Of a DNA stretch of 64,000 nt, positions 45,911 through 54,826 are shown piece by piece. Under the pieces are notes generated by a model. The model was given only the letters and a program-made list of their open reading frames with translations, was not told where the DNA came from and did not search any database. Position 1 is the stretch's first letter. Each line of letters begins with the position of its first letter. Source of the DNA: a virus (Duplodnaviria > Heunggongvirae > Uroviricota > Caudoviricetes); IMG/VR virus record IMGVR_UViG_3300028888_000071, positions 22,638 to 86,637 of that record; one strand, written 5' to 3'. A program made the position numbers and the translations under genes.

Positions 45911-46408
45911 ATGAAAAAGTTTGATGACAAGTATATGCAAATCGCAAAACTGTGGGCGTTGAATTCTCACGCAATCCGTTCTAAGGTCGGGGCTCTCATC
46001 GTGAAAGACAACATGATAATCAGTGACGGTTTCAACGGCACTCCAACGGGCATGTCAAATGTATGTGAGAAGGTGACTTGCATAATGCACGAAAACCGAG
46101 AAGAATGCGCGTCATACAAGCTTGATGACTTGGCTTGCGTGCAGTGCCAGAACGCGAAGCTTGAGACTCTCCCGACAGTGATACACGCGGAATGCAATGC
46201 AATAACCAAATTAGCAAGAAGCACTCAGTCAAGTGAAGGATCTACTTTGTTTGTCACATTGAGTCCTTGCGTCGAATGCGCGAAAATGATCATACAGTCT
46301 GGAATAAAACGAGTAGTGTATGAGCAGAAATACAGGAAAGACGACGGCTTGGAACTTTTAAAAGAAGCCGGAATCGAAGTAGAACAGTTCAATCAATTAA
46401 ATTTATAA
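45911..46408 (+). CDS. dCMP (deoxycytidylate) deaminase
   Basis: Zinc-binding HAECNAI and PCVECAKMI motifs of the cytidine/dCMP deaminase family. 165 aa. Confidence 0.7.
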   Translation: MKKFDDKYMQIAKLWALNSHAIRSKVGALIVKDNMIISDGFNGTPTGMSNVCEKVTCIMHENREECASYKLDDLACVQCQNAKLETLPTVIHAECNAITKLARSTQSSEGSTLFVTLSPCVECAKMIIQSGIKRVVYEQKYRKDDGLELLKEAGIEVEQFNQLNL

Positions 46409-46419
46409 ATTTAAGAAAA

Positions 46420-47217
46420 ATGAAAAAAAGTTTTAAAATGAAAGACTGCAACAAACAGATGTTGCAAACCATTATCAAACAGATGGTCGTTGTGGACAAG
46501 TATGTCAATCTGCGCATTGGCCCAGAATACACCGACTCATCTTCTTATCTGCCTGCTCACGATGTAGTGAAGTATATGCGTATCGAGAACAGTGCGATGT
46601 TCAGCAACGAGTACACTCTGGACAAGCCCATCAGAATGTCATTCATCATGGGGACGAAACTCTTGCTTCTCCTCAACCAGTTCGAGAACGACAACGAAAT
46701 CGATCTCGAAATCGTCTATGACGCTTCTTCTGAGGAAGACGAGTACTATGCACTGAAAGTCATCATGTCAGGACAGAACCTTGACATCACTGAAGTGTGT
46801 GCTGACCAGAGATTCGACACAATCAACATCAAGCCCATTTCTGATGAGGTGATGGTGAGCCTCTTGAACACAGATGATTCTGTGATGTGCTTTGACATCA
46901 CGAAAGACGACATGCGTGCTATCAAGTCTCTCGGCAACATCGACAGAGAGTGCAAGAGATTCGAGTATGTCGTGAAGAACAACACACTTTCAATCAGAGA
47001 AAGAAGCAACGATGAAGATGAAGACAGCGAAATCTACAACAAAGTGATTTCGACAGTCGAGGCTGGCGACAATGTGTATATGTGCAGCAAGAATGTTTTC
47101 TCTGTCATCAACAACGTCACCGACTACAATGTGTGCATCTGTGACGGCGACATGAGCAAAGTAGTCTACACACACGAAGAAGACGGCATCTGCTTGAATG
47201 TAATCGCAAGTATCTAA
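46420..47217 (+). CDS. hypothetical protein (265 aa); weak resemblance to a sliding-clamp (gp45-like) segment
   Basis: TKLLLLLNQFENDNEIDLEIVYDA faintly resembles gp45 GFLGILSLVNDDAEISQSEDG. Position is near replication/nucleotide genes. Very tentative. Confidence 0.3.
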   Translation: MKKSFKMKDCNKQMLQTIIKQMVVVDKYVNLRIGPEYTDSSSYLPAHDVVKYMRIENSAMFSNEYTLDKPIRMSFIMGTKLLLLLNQFENDNEIDLEIVYDASSEEDEYYALKVIMSGQNLDITEVCADQRFDTINIKPISDEVMVSLLNTDDSVMCFDITKDDMRAIKSLGNIDRECKRFEYVVKNNTLSIRERSNDEDEDSEIYNKVISTVEAGDNVYMCSKNVFSVINNVTDYNVCICDGDMSKVVYTHEEDGICLNVIASI

Positions 47218-47219
47218 TC

Positions 47220-47501
47220 ATGATTGCAGTCAATGACTATGTCATAGTGAGAAAAGACCGACCGGAGTCTTCACACAACGGGATCATTCTTCCGTATATG
47301 AAAGATCTGGTGAACAATGAGATTGGCGCACCGTTCACTGGCACCGTAGAATCTGCCGGTGAACTGGTGAAGCTAGTCAAAGAAAAAGACAAAGTAGTGT
47401 TCAATGACTTGTGCCGGCCGTGGATAATAGCAGACAAAGAAGACTTGATACTGGTAATGAAAGAAACCGACATAATAGGAATATTGTCTAATGGAAACTA
47501 A
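47220..47501 (+). CDS. GroES-like co-chaperonin (T4 gp31 functional analog)
   Basis: 93 aa. DYVIVRKDRPESSHNGIILP...FTGTVESAG...KDKVVFNDLC parallels the GroES layout (gDrVlVkr.e.e.kT.gGIvLP...GtVvAvG...GD.V.f). Confidence 0.55.
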   Translation: MIAVNDYVIVRKDRPESSHNGIILPYMKDLVNNEIGAPFTGTVESAGELVKLVKEKDKVVFNDLCRPWIIADKEDLILVMKETDIIGILSNGN

Positions 47502-49074
47502 TTTTAGCAAATACATCCTGTCTCACGGTGGCTACATAAAGCCGCTTGAGCTACCCGTAGAAATGTCAGAAGGATTGGGACAATGCAATCCTTCTGTCTT
47601 TATAGATACAGACGGGAAAATATTGTGCAACATCAGGAGAGTGAACTACATGTTCCATCTGTCTCTCACACATCACTGGGACTCTTCGTATGGCCCGACG
47701 AACTACCATCACCCCGACAATGACGTGAACTTGCGCACAGAAAACTACATGTGTGAACTGGATGAGAATCTTGACATAAGAGAAGGCACGATAAAACACG
47801 TCAACTACCAGCCATACGAGCCAAAATGGGGATTTGTCGGCGAAGAAGACGTGAGGATAGTCCGGTGGGACGGCAAACTGTATCTGACAGGCTGCCGTAG
47901 AGACACTGAGACTACTGGCATATCAAGAATGGAGCTTTCTGAAGTGGATTCAGAAATGAACGAGATCTGCAGGACGAGAATACCGGCTCCAGACAAGAAT
48001 GACACCTATTGTGAGAAAAACTGGATGGCTATACTTGACAAGCCATACCAGTATGTCAAATGGTGCAACCCGCTCCAGATTGTGAAATATGATCCAGAGA
48101 CTGGAGTGACTAAAGAAGTCTTGTTAAAAGAGCAGAACCTGCAGTCAGATGATCCCCTGTGCGACATCAGAGGGAACAGCCAAGTGATAAAAGTAGACAA
48201 CTACCATATAGCGCTCGTTCATGAGGTGAATCTTTGGACAAACCGCTACAATGAGAGAAGTGCGATATATTACAACAGGTTCATCGTGTGGGACGAAGAC
48301 TGGAACACTGTCAAGTTGAGCAGCCGTTTCTGGTTCATGAACTTTCCGATTGAGTTCACGAATGGACTTGCGTTTGATGGCAAAGACTTCATCATACCGT
48401 TTTCTGTATATGACAACGCAGCATATGTCGCAAGACTGAGCAAAGATGCATTGTTTGAATATCTTGGCCTTGGCGAGTTTCATGTTCCAGAAAACGAGAC
48501 ACATCCAATTAACAAGATATACGATTATGTGATTGACATATTCAATCCAGAAAAAGCATACTTGCTTGCTATGGATTATTTCAACAGAAAACAGTACGCA
48601 AGCGCTTACGCATTCTTCTTGAAAGCAGCAGAGCAGTGCGTCCCAGACAAAGTAAGACACAAGCGGCTCGGATATGACGCATACTACATGTGCCAGAAAT
48701 GCCTGCAAGAAGTCGGTGGAAGAATTGACAAGCTTTTCAAGCAGTATTCCATACTTATACAGTGGGATCCCACGAGATATGAAGCGTATTATGAATTGTC
48801 AAGACTCTACTATGGCGCTATGGAGAACACGAACAGTCACGTCATGGCGCTTGGCATGGCATCAACAGCAGTGTCTCTGCTGTATGACGCGAAACCAGTG
48901 TCGTGTTCTAACATGGACGTGAAATACATGTTAGACAGAGTGTGGATGCAATATGCGATATGCTGTTACCGCTGTGCTAAAGACTATGAAGCTGTGCCGA
49001 TACTGAAAGACTTGTTAGAAAACGGAAATGACAGAGTCAAAGAATATATAAAATCATTAAGTTTGAGTCTGTGA
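47491..49074 (+). CDS. hypothetical protein (527 aa), paralog A of a pair
   Basis: Shares the EKNWMAILDKPYQYVKW and PIEFTNGLAFDGKDFIIPFS blocks with the next ORF. C-terminal helical-repeat region. Confidence 0.5.
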   Translation: METNFSKYILSHGGYIKPLELPVEMSEGLGQCNPSVFIDTDGKILCNIRRVNYMFHLSLTHHWDSSYGPTNYHHPDNDVNLRTENYMCELDENLDIREGTIKHVNYQPYEPKWGFVGEEDVRIVRWDGKLYLTGCRRDTETTGISRMELSEVDSEMNEICRTRIPAPDKNDTYCEKNWMAILDKPYQYVKWCNPLQIVKYDPETGVTKEVLLKEQNLQSDDPLCDIRGNSQVIKVDNYHIALVHEVNLWTNRYNERSAIYYNRFIVWDEDWNTVKLSSRFWFMNFPIEFTNGLAFDGKDFIIPFSVYDNAAYVARLSKDALFEYLGLGEFHVPENETHPINKIYDYVIDIFNPEKAYLLAMDYFNRKQYASAYAFFLKAAEQCVPDKVRHKRLGYDAYYMCQKCLQEVGGRIDKLFKQYSILIQWDPTRYEAYYELSRLYYGAMENTNSHVMALGMASTAVSLLYDAKPVSCSNMDVKYMLDRVWMQYAICCYRCAKDYEAVPILKDLLENGNDRVKEYIKSLSLSL

Positions 49075-50312
49075 TGGAATTTTTAAAATATGTATTGTCA
49101 AACGGATCACGAGTCTATTTCATAGACGGGAAATTCGCAGAACCTCTTGGCATAACGAACCCTTCTATAATAAGACACAATGGAAAACTGATGATGACAG
49201 TCAGGACGTGCGAGTACACTTTCTTCAATTACAGGAAAAACAGCCAGTACAGCAACATGGGCATGTCTTGGTACCCTCTCAACATCGGAAGCAATCTGCC
49301 TGTCAACTATTATTCCAAAAACCACATATGTGTGTTGAACGAATCGTTTTGTGTAGAAAAAGTCACTGAACTGTTCCCGGGCAAGTTTGAGAGAAAACTT
49401 GTCTACAATGGAGCAGAAGACATGAGACTTGCAGAATCAGAAAACGGCAGTTTAGTGCTGTCTTATTCGACACTTGATGAAGGCCGTTCAATCAGCATGA
49501 ACATCGCTGAACTAGATGACTCATTAGAAACTAAATCTGTCTGCAAATATTCTAGCAACTCATATGAAAAGAACTGGATGCCGATTATGGACAAGCCAAT
49601 GAACTATGTCCGTATGGCATTCGGCAACATCGTTGAAGTGAAGGACGGATCATTCATCCATCACGGCGATGAGAATGCCCCGTTAGAATATCGTGGTTCT
49701 TCTCAGATGATACCGTACGGAGACACTTATATCTGCATTGTCCACAGAGGAGACATGTACAGCGACGAGAATGGAGTGTTCAAGATGAGTTACAAGCACA
49801 TGTTCATCCAGACAGACAAGAACTACAACATCATCGCGAAATCAAGATGGTTCACCTTCTGCGACATGCCAATCGAGTTCACTTGCGGAATGATGATAGA
49901 GGGAGACAGAGTGATCATCCCGTTCAGCATACTTGATTCTATAACACTGGTGCTTGACACAAAGATAGACTTGATACTGAAATTCATGAACAATGATTTC
50001 TCAACAAACGAAGAGTATGTTCCGGCATATGATGAGTTTCATGACATTGTGCTGAACAAGAGTGGACTTGACGCAGTGCTTTCACTTGACAAGTATTTCA
50101 TTTCGAGATATCCCAACAACGCAGCAATCAGAATCGCTTGTTTGACGCATATTGGTTCATACGAGAAAAACAAGAACGCAGCTATTGACTATTATGTGAG
50201 AGCGTTATGTGAAGTGAAGAAGTTCACAACAGGAATGCACAACAATTACATGCATGCACTGCTCGGACAAGACTTTTTGAGAGACACCATAAACGATTTG
50301 TTATATTGCTAA
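49071..50312 (+). CDS. hypothetical protein (413 aa), paralog B of a pair
   Basis: EKNWMPIMDKPMNYVRM and PIEFTCGMMIEGDRVIIPFS. ATGA overlap with paralog A. Confidence 0.5.
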   Translation: MMEFLKYVLSNGSRVYFIDGKFAEPLGITNPSIIRHNGKLMMTVRTCEYTFFNYRKNSQYSNMGMSWYPLNIGSNLPVNYYSKNHICVLNESFCVEKVTELFPGKFERKLVYNGAEDMRLAESENGSLVLSYSTLDEGRSISMNIAELDDSLETKSVCKYSSNSYEKNWMPIMDKPMNYVRMAFGNIVEVKDGSFIHHGDENAPLEYRGSSQMIPYGDTYICIVHRGDMYSDENGVFKMSYKHMFIQTDKNYNIIAKSRWFTFCDMPIEFTCGMMIEGDRVIIPFSILDSITLVLDTKIDLILKFMNNDFSTNEEYVPAYDEFHDIVLNKSGLDAVLSLDKYFISRYPNNAAIRIACLTHIGSYEKNKNAAIDYYVRALCEVKKFTTGMHNNYMHALLGQDFLRDTINDLLYC

Positions 50313-50314
50313 AA

Positions 50315-50337
50315 TTTTTGTTATATTAAATAAATAC
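50315..50337 (+). promoter_or_regulatory. conserved promoter-like motif TTTTTGTTATATTAAATAAATAC; a second partial core TTTGTTATATTG lies at 50297-50308
   Basis: 10 nt upstream of ATG 50347. The tandem core duplication straddles the stop of the preceding gene. Confidence 0.4.
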
Positions 50338-50346
50338 TTATTTGTT

Positions 50347-50895
50347 ATGAAAGAAAAGATAAAGACAGCAAAAGAGTTCATCAGCAAGCCTGAGCACAAG
50401 CCAAACTTCCAAGTGACCGCGACTGATGGCAACACATACTGGATAAGCCGTTCAGTCGCAGTGCTTGCTATAGTTCTGGCAAAAAGCGCTGACGGGTGGA
50501 GAATATTAGTCAACAAGAGAGGAGACGGCACTCCTGACTACCAGGGATGCTGGAACATTCCTTGCGGCTATGTAGATTTCGGAGAGACATGTGAAGAAGC
50601 AGCATCACGCGAAGTGCTAGAAGAATGTGGAGTGAAAATCGATCCATCGGCATTCAAACTGTTTGCCGTAGAAAGCAATCCAATGACATCTAGCAAACAG
50701 AACATCACGATAAGGTATATCACCTATATGCCGCCTGAGTTTTTGTCTATGACCCTCTCTTCATCAAATTCAGAATACCACGAAGTCGACGACATCAGAT
50801 GGGTGAGCCTGAATGAGATAGATGACTATGAATGGGCGTTCAACCACAAAAGCCTTTTGACTGACGTGATTATGCCTGAGGTGAAAAACATGTAA
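50347..50895 (+). CDS. NUDIX hydrolase
   Basis: Nudix box GYVDFGETCEEAASREVLEECGV (Gx5Ex7REUxEExGU). Confidence 0.7.
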   Translation: MKEKIKTAKEFISKPEHKPNFQVTATDGNTYWISRSVAVLAIVLAKSADGWRILVNKRGDGTPDYQGCWNIPCGYVDFGETCEEAASREVLEECGVKIDPSAFKLFAVESNPMTSSKQNITIRYITYMPPEFLSMTLSSSNSEYHEVDDIRWVSLNEIDDYEWAFNHKSLLTDVIMPEVKNM

Positions 50896-50932
50896 AGTTG
50901 CAAAAACCCATAAATGATTAAAATAAACAAAT

Positions 50933-51694
50933 ATGGAAAGAACAAAAACATTTGGTCAATTCAATGAAACTGTCTATTACAGTCTTTACGTGAAAAATGA
51001 AGGACTGTATATGATAATCAGTTCAGACGGCAAGACAGCTTCAACTGATGAAAGCTTCAACGAAAAGGCCATTGAATTTGCAGCACAAAGCATTTCAAGC
51101 AACGCAAACTATGACGTTTCATTTACGAAAAAAGACGAAGGCATTTATGAAATCACTCCAATGCCATCGACTGTTTTTGAATTTATGAAACTTCTTGAAG
51201 CAATCATTAAAAAAGCACTTGCTGATTGGTCACACAACAATACATTACATGATGTTCTTGAAAAAACTCTGAATCATGTTGTTCCCCAATTTAGACTTGT
51301 GGCGAAACCGCTGCCGAAAACAGCAATGCCAGATGAGGAATATGAAGAAGAACCGCGGCGTGATCCAAGTGTAAAGTTGGATCCAAATGATTATGAAGTA
51401 TATTGGAATGTCATTTTTGATTGGGACGAAAAAGCATGGTATCTGCTTATCGGTGAAGATGAAGAATCAATGTCAGATGATTCCGATTGGTATAGTGATG
51501 TATATGATATGATCGATGAAGCAATCCCATCATATGAACTTCGTGAAGATATGGAAAGTTATTTTTCAATTTACCACAGAGGAGACAAATACGATGGCAA
51601 ACAAGTGAAATTCAAACCTGAAGCACAGGACTTCATAAAGAAGATGGAAGCTGCTTTTCCAATGTGGGGAAGAAGCAATATCAAACATCTTTAA
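50933..51694 (+). CDS. hypothetical acidic protein (253 aa)
   Basis: ORF. Confidence 0.5.
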   Translation: MERTKTFGQFNETVYYSLYVKNEGLYMIISSDGKTASTDESFNEKAIEFAAQSISSNANYDVSFTKKDEGIYEITPMPSTVFEFMKLLEAIIKKALADWSHNNTLHDVLEKTLNHVVPQFRLVAKPLPKTAMPDEEYEEEPRRDPSVKLDPNDYEVYWNVIFDWDEKAWYLLIGEDEESMSDDSDWYSDVYDMIDEAIPSYELREDMESYFSIYHRGDKYDGKQVKFKPEAQDFIKKMEAAFPMWGRSNIKHL

Positions 51695-51733
51695 AAATAC
51701 AAAAAAATTCATAGTTGTGTAAAAATGCCAAAG

Positions 51734-51757
51734 TTTTTATTATATTAAATTGTAAAG
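51734..51757 (+). promoter_or_regulatory. promoter-like motif variant TTTTTATTATATTAAATTGTAAAG
   Basis: Family member. About 135 nt upstream of ATG 51893, a longer spacing than at other copies. Confidence 0.3.
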
Positions 51758-51892
51758 TTATTAATCCAAAAGAAACAGCGGAAAGAATATTACTCTGCAG
51801 ACTTACAAAACAAGATCAGTAAATTTTCCATAATCAGGTTATTTTAATACATAGAAGATTCTTGTGCTGTTTCTTTTTTAATTGAAAAAAAC

Positions 51893-52141
51893 ATGAAAGA
51901 TTTAGAATTAGGCAACCAACTATCACAGACAACACCAATCAAATGCGAAAAATGCGGCTGTGAGGTGTTTTTTCCGGCGTATGTGTTGCGCCATGTCTCA
52001 AAACTATTGATTGGAGCATCAGAAGACGGTGTCATTCCATTGAACACATTTGCTTGCGCGAAGTGCGGACATGTGAATCCTGAGTTTCTTCCAGAAGGTT
52101 TAGATTCTCCAAAAGAAGAAAGTCCGCTTATAATGCAGTAA
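51893..52141 (+). CDS. small zinc-ribbon protein (82 aa)
   Basis: CEKCGCEV...CAKCGHV, two CxxC pairs. Confidence 0.45.
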   Translation: MKDLELGNQLSQTTPIKCEKCGCEVFFPAYVLRHVSKLLIGASEDGVIPLNTFACAKCGHVNPEFLPEGLDSPKEESPLIMQ

Positions 52142-52245
52142 TCCCAATACCCCCTCCCTTTCATACATATTCCATAATCTATTTGTTCAATGCCTCTTTG
52201 TTATGAAGAGGCATTTTTATTTTGTGTTTTTGCAAAGCAACTCAA

Positions 52246-52270
52246 TTTTTTGTTATATTCAATTGTAAAC
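52246..52270 (+). promoter_or_regulatory. conserved promoter-like motif TTTTTGTTATATTCAATTGTAAAC
   Basis: 17 nt upstream of ATG 52288. Confidence 0.45.
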
Positions 52271-52287
52271 ATTAAAATTTATCAATT

Positions 52288-53007
52288 ATGGATTTAAACA
52301 CTTTGTTAGCAGTGCCTGCACCCCAACCCACCAACACATATGCGCCGATCTCTCACGGAGAGATTCATGAAGCAATCTTGTCCGAAGCAAAGGACAACGC
52401 ATTCGACATCCGAGACATTTCGGTGAAGACGAAGAACGGCAAGAACTGCATTGTCATGTACAGTCTTGTCGACGGGCTTTCATCTTATGTGGATCCTGAG
52501 ATTGGAATCCGTGTCGGCTTCAAGAACAGCTATGACCGCTCGATGAGCTTCGGCTTTGCCCTTGGCTCAGAAGTGTTCATCTGCAGCAACGGCATGGTGT
52601 CCGGTGAATACACTATCAAGAAACAGCACAGAATGAGAGACGTGAACATCTACGCGAAAGACCTCATTCACGAGTATTTCAAACAAGTGAGACCTGAGCA
52701 CATGCGCAATCTCGTCTTCGCTAAAGAGTTGAAGAAAATCGACGTGAATGAGAAACTTGCTGCTGAAATCGTCGGCGAACTGTTCATCGATGGCAAAATC
52801 ATCAACCAGGGCCAGTTGAGAAAGATGACGAACGAAATGTACAAGTCAGAAAAGTTCAGCACTTTCAAAGAAAGAGAAACGATTACTGCCTGGGATCTGT
52901 ACAACCACGGCACTGAGGCCCTCAAATCTTCTGCCAACTTCAACTTGTTCAACCGTCATGTCACATACAATGACTATTTCAGAGAAAAATTTGGAATCAA
53001 TAATTAA
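52288..53007 (+). CDS. hypothetical protein (239 aa)
   Basis: ORF. Confidence 0.5.
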   Translation: MDLNTLLAVPAPQPTNTYAPISHGEIHEAILSEAKDNAFDIRDISVKTKNGKNCIVMYSLVDGLSSYVDPEIGIRVGFKNSYDRSMSFGFALGSEVFICSNGMVSGEYTIKKQHRMRDVNIYAKDLIHEYFKQVRPEHMRNLVFAKELKKIDVNEKLAAEIVGELFIDGKIINQGQLRKMTNEMYKSEKFSTFKERETITAWDLYNHGTEALKSSANFNLFNRHVTYNDYFREKFGINN

Positions 53008-53164
53008 CGACACAGTCGACAAACTAGAACAAGAACGCACTGGGGAGCACTTGAAGCTCCTCAGTGACGATTTGTTTGAGCTTGATGTTGACACGGACTA
53101 TGAAGTCGACTTTGAAATAAAAGACCCGCCGAAAAAAGAACCTCCAAAAGTTGAATACGTATGA
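52958..53164 (+). CDS. small hypothetical protein (68 aa), overlaps the previous gene by 50 nt
   Basis: ORF in another frame. Acidic/Lys-rich. Confidence 0.25.
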   Translation: MSHTMTISEKNLESIINDTVDKLEQERTGEHLKLLSDDLFELDVDTDYEVDFEIKDPPKKEPPKVEYV

Positions 53165-53433
53165 CAGAACAAGAAATCGCCACCAGTATTAGAATCTATT
53201 CAACTAAATATAGTGTGCAACCAGATGACATCTATGTGATTCCTAAGGATGAATTGGTAATTGGTGAGACATATTCTGGAGTATGTCGCAACGCAAGTGA
53301 AGCTGTATGGGATGGAAAAACATTCACCTATGACAGACACAAGTTCGGGAGTTGCTTCAAAGAAAACATAAATCATTTTGAAGATGATGACGGTTATGAT
53401 GTGTTTGTGCCAATGCGGATAATCAAATCATAA
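53161..53433 (+). CDS. hypothetical protein (90 aa)
   Basis: ORF followed by a bidirectional terminator. Confidence 0.4.
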   Translation: MTEQEIATSIRIYSTKYSVQPDDIYVIPKDELVIGETYSGVCRNASEAVWDGKTFTYDRHKFGSCFKENINHFEDDDGYDVFVPMRIIKS

Positions 53434-53435
53434 AA

Positions 53436-53464
53436 AAACGGGTTTCAGAAGAAACCCGTTTTTC
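53436..53464. terminator. bidirectional rho-independent terminator
   Basis: aaacgggtttc-agaa-gaaacccgttt, flanked by A-run and T-run. Lies between convergent genes. Confidence 0.65.
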
Positions 53465-53481
53465 TTTAAAATTGTTCTTTA

Positions 53482-54162
53482 TTAGTATTGTTCTTGTGGC
53501 GCTTGTTTCTTGAAGAAAGGTTTCAAGAACGGATACAAGAAAGTGTATGTGTTGGGACAGCTTTGGCCACCGCCATTCAGCATATAAATCTTGTTCACAT
53601 AAAGCATCTTGTATGTTACAGGAATGCCAGTACTTGGTTTCGGTGGTTTCATATAAGGTTGCACAGTCTCATAGTCAACTGGAACATAGTTTCCAGTCTC
53701 GTCAACCATCACATATTGAGTCCAAGTAGTCTTAGAATCAACGACAGGAAGTGCGATTTCTCCATTCTTTTTGTTTTTCTGGCAAGGTTTGCCACCAGGA
53801 GGAAGAGGTTCCCAAGGACGGTTCGGCTGTTTTTCTTGGTTAACAGGAGAATTCGGATCATACATATATCCAGGGAACAGCTTTTCAAGCTGTGCATAAT
53901 ACTCTTTTCCTGCTTGGAACCTGTATGTGCTCAGCTTGTATAAACGGTTCAGCATCGGATTAGGTTCTTTTGTGCCATCTTCGTGTTTGATGAACTTCGG
54001 AAGATATGGCGTGAAATCATTAGCATAATACACATAAACTATCGTTCCTTTTTTGAGCTTTTCAAGGGCAGCAAAGAAATCATGAATCACAGTGACTGTC
54101 TTGTCAGTTGCAGCCATCTCCTGCAAATGCTGGGTATAAGCGGATATATTTAAAATTTTCAT
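53482..54162 (-). CDS. hypothetical protein (226 aa)
   Basis: ORF. Confidence 0.5.
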   Translation of the reverse strand: MKILNISAYTQHLQEMAATDKTVTVIHDFFAALEKLKKGTIVYVYYANDFTPYLPKFIKHEDGTKEPNPMLNRLYKLSTYRFQAGKEYYAQLEKLFPGYMYDPNSPVNQEKQPNRPWEPLPPGGKPCQKNKKNGEIALPVVDSKTTWTQYVMVDETGNYVPVDYETVQPYMKPPKPSTGIPVTYKMLYVNKIYMLNGGGQSCPNTYTFLYPFLKPFFKKQAPQEQY

Positions 54163-54181
54163 ATTATTGTTTTATTTTTAT

Positions 54182-54814
54182 TTAACGACGAATATTCATA
54201 GTGTTTTCTGCAGATATTCTTGCAGCGATAAAATCTTCAACACTATATTCTGATGCAGCAAAATCATTATACACTTGCTCATTGTCTATGCCTGACACTG
54301 CTGTCGCATAAGGAGCATATTTTCTGTAAGACGGGTTAGAACGAATCATGGTGTCATAATCATCACCATCATTTGCATATTCTCCCCAGTCACTTGCTAT
54401 ACTTTCAAATGCAAAACTATTCGTGTCGACAATGTCTTTGACAACATCTTCCGGCAACACACTTGCAAGTTTACACATATAATAGTCTCTTACGACAAAG
54501 TCCCATTCAAATGTTTGTCCAGCCAGTGCTTGTTTCACGTATCTATCCCAAGACTTGAATGTGTAGTTGATACGGTGTGTGCGTCCGCCTTCATAATATT
54601 CTTGCCCATCAATCACACATACTGCGTCATTCACCCATTTCCAATGATCGTACGGACGACTGTTCTCGTATTTGCCATCAGAAATCTGGCCACTGTATTC
54701 ACAATTGAACAAAACATATGAATATATGTCTTTGAAATGCAAAATCTGGCTGCCTGCTGCCTCATTCACAGTCTCACAGTTCTCTAGCCATTCATTTATT
54801 TTAAGTATATTCAT
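54182..54814 (-). CDS. hypothetical protein (210 aa)
   Basis: ORF. Confidence 0.5.
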   Translation of the reverse strand: MNILKINEWLENCETVNEAAGSQILHFKDIYSYVLFNCEYSGQISDGKYENSRPYDHWKWVNDAVCVIDGQEYYEGGRTHRINYTFKSWDRYVKQALAGQTFEWDFVVRDYYMCKLASVLPEDVVKDIVDTNSFAFESIASDWGEYANDGDDYDTMIRSNPSYRKYAPYATAVSGIDNEQVYNDFAASEYSVEDFIAARISAENTMNIRR

Positions 54815-54826
54815 ATTGCCGTTTAA

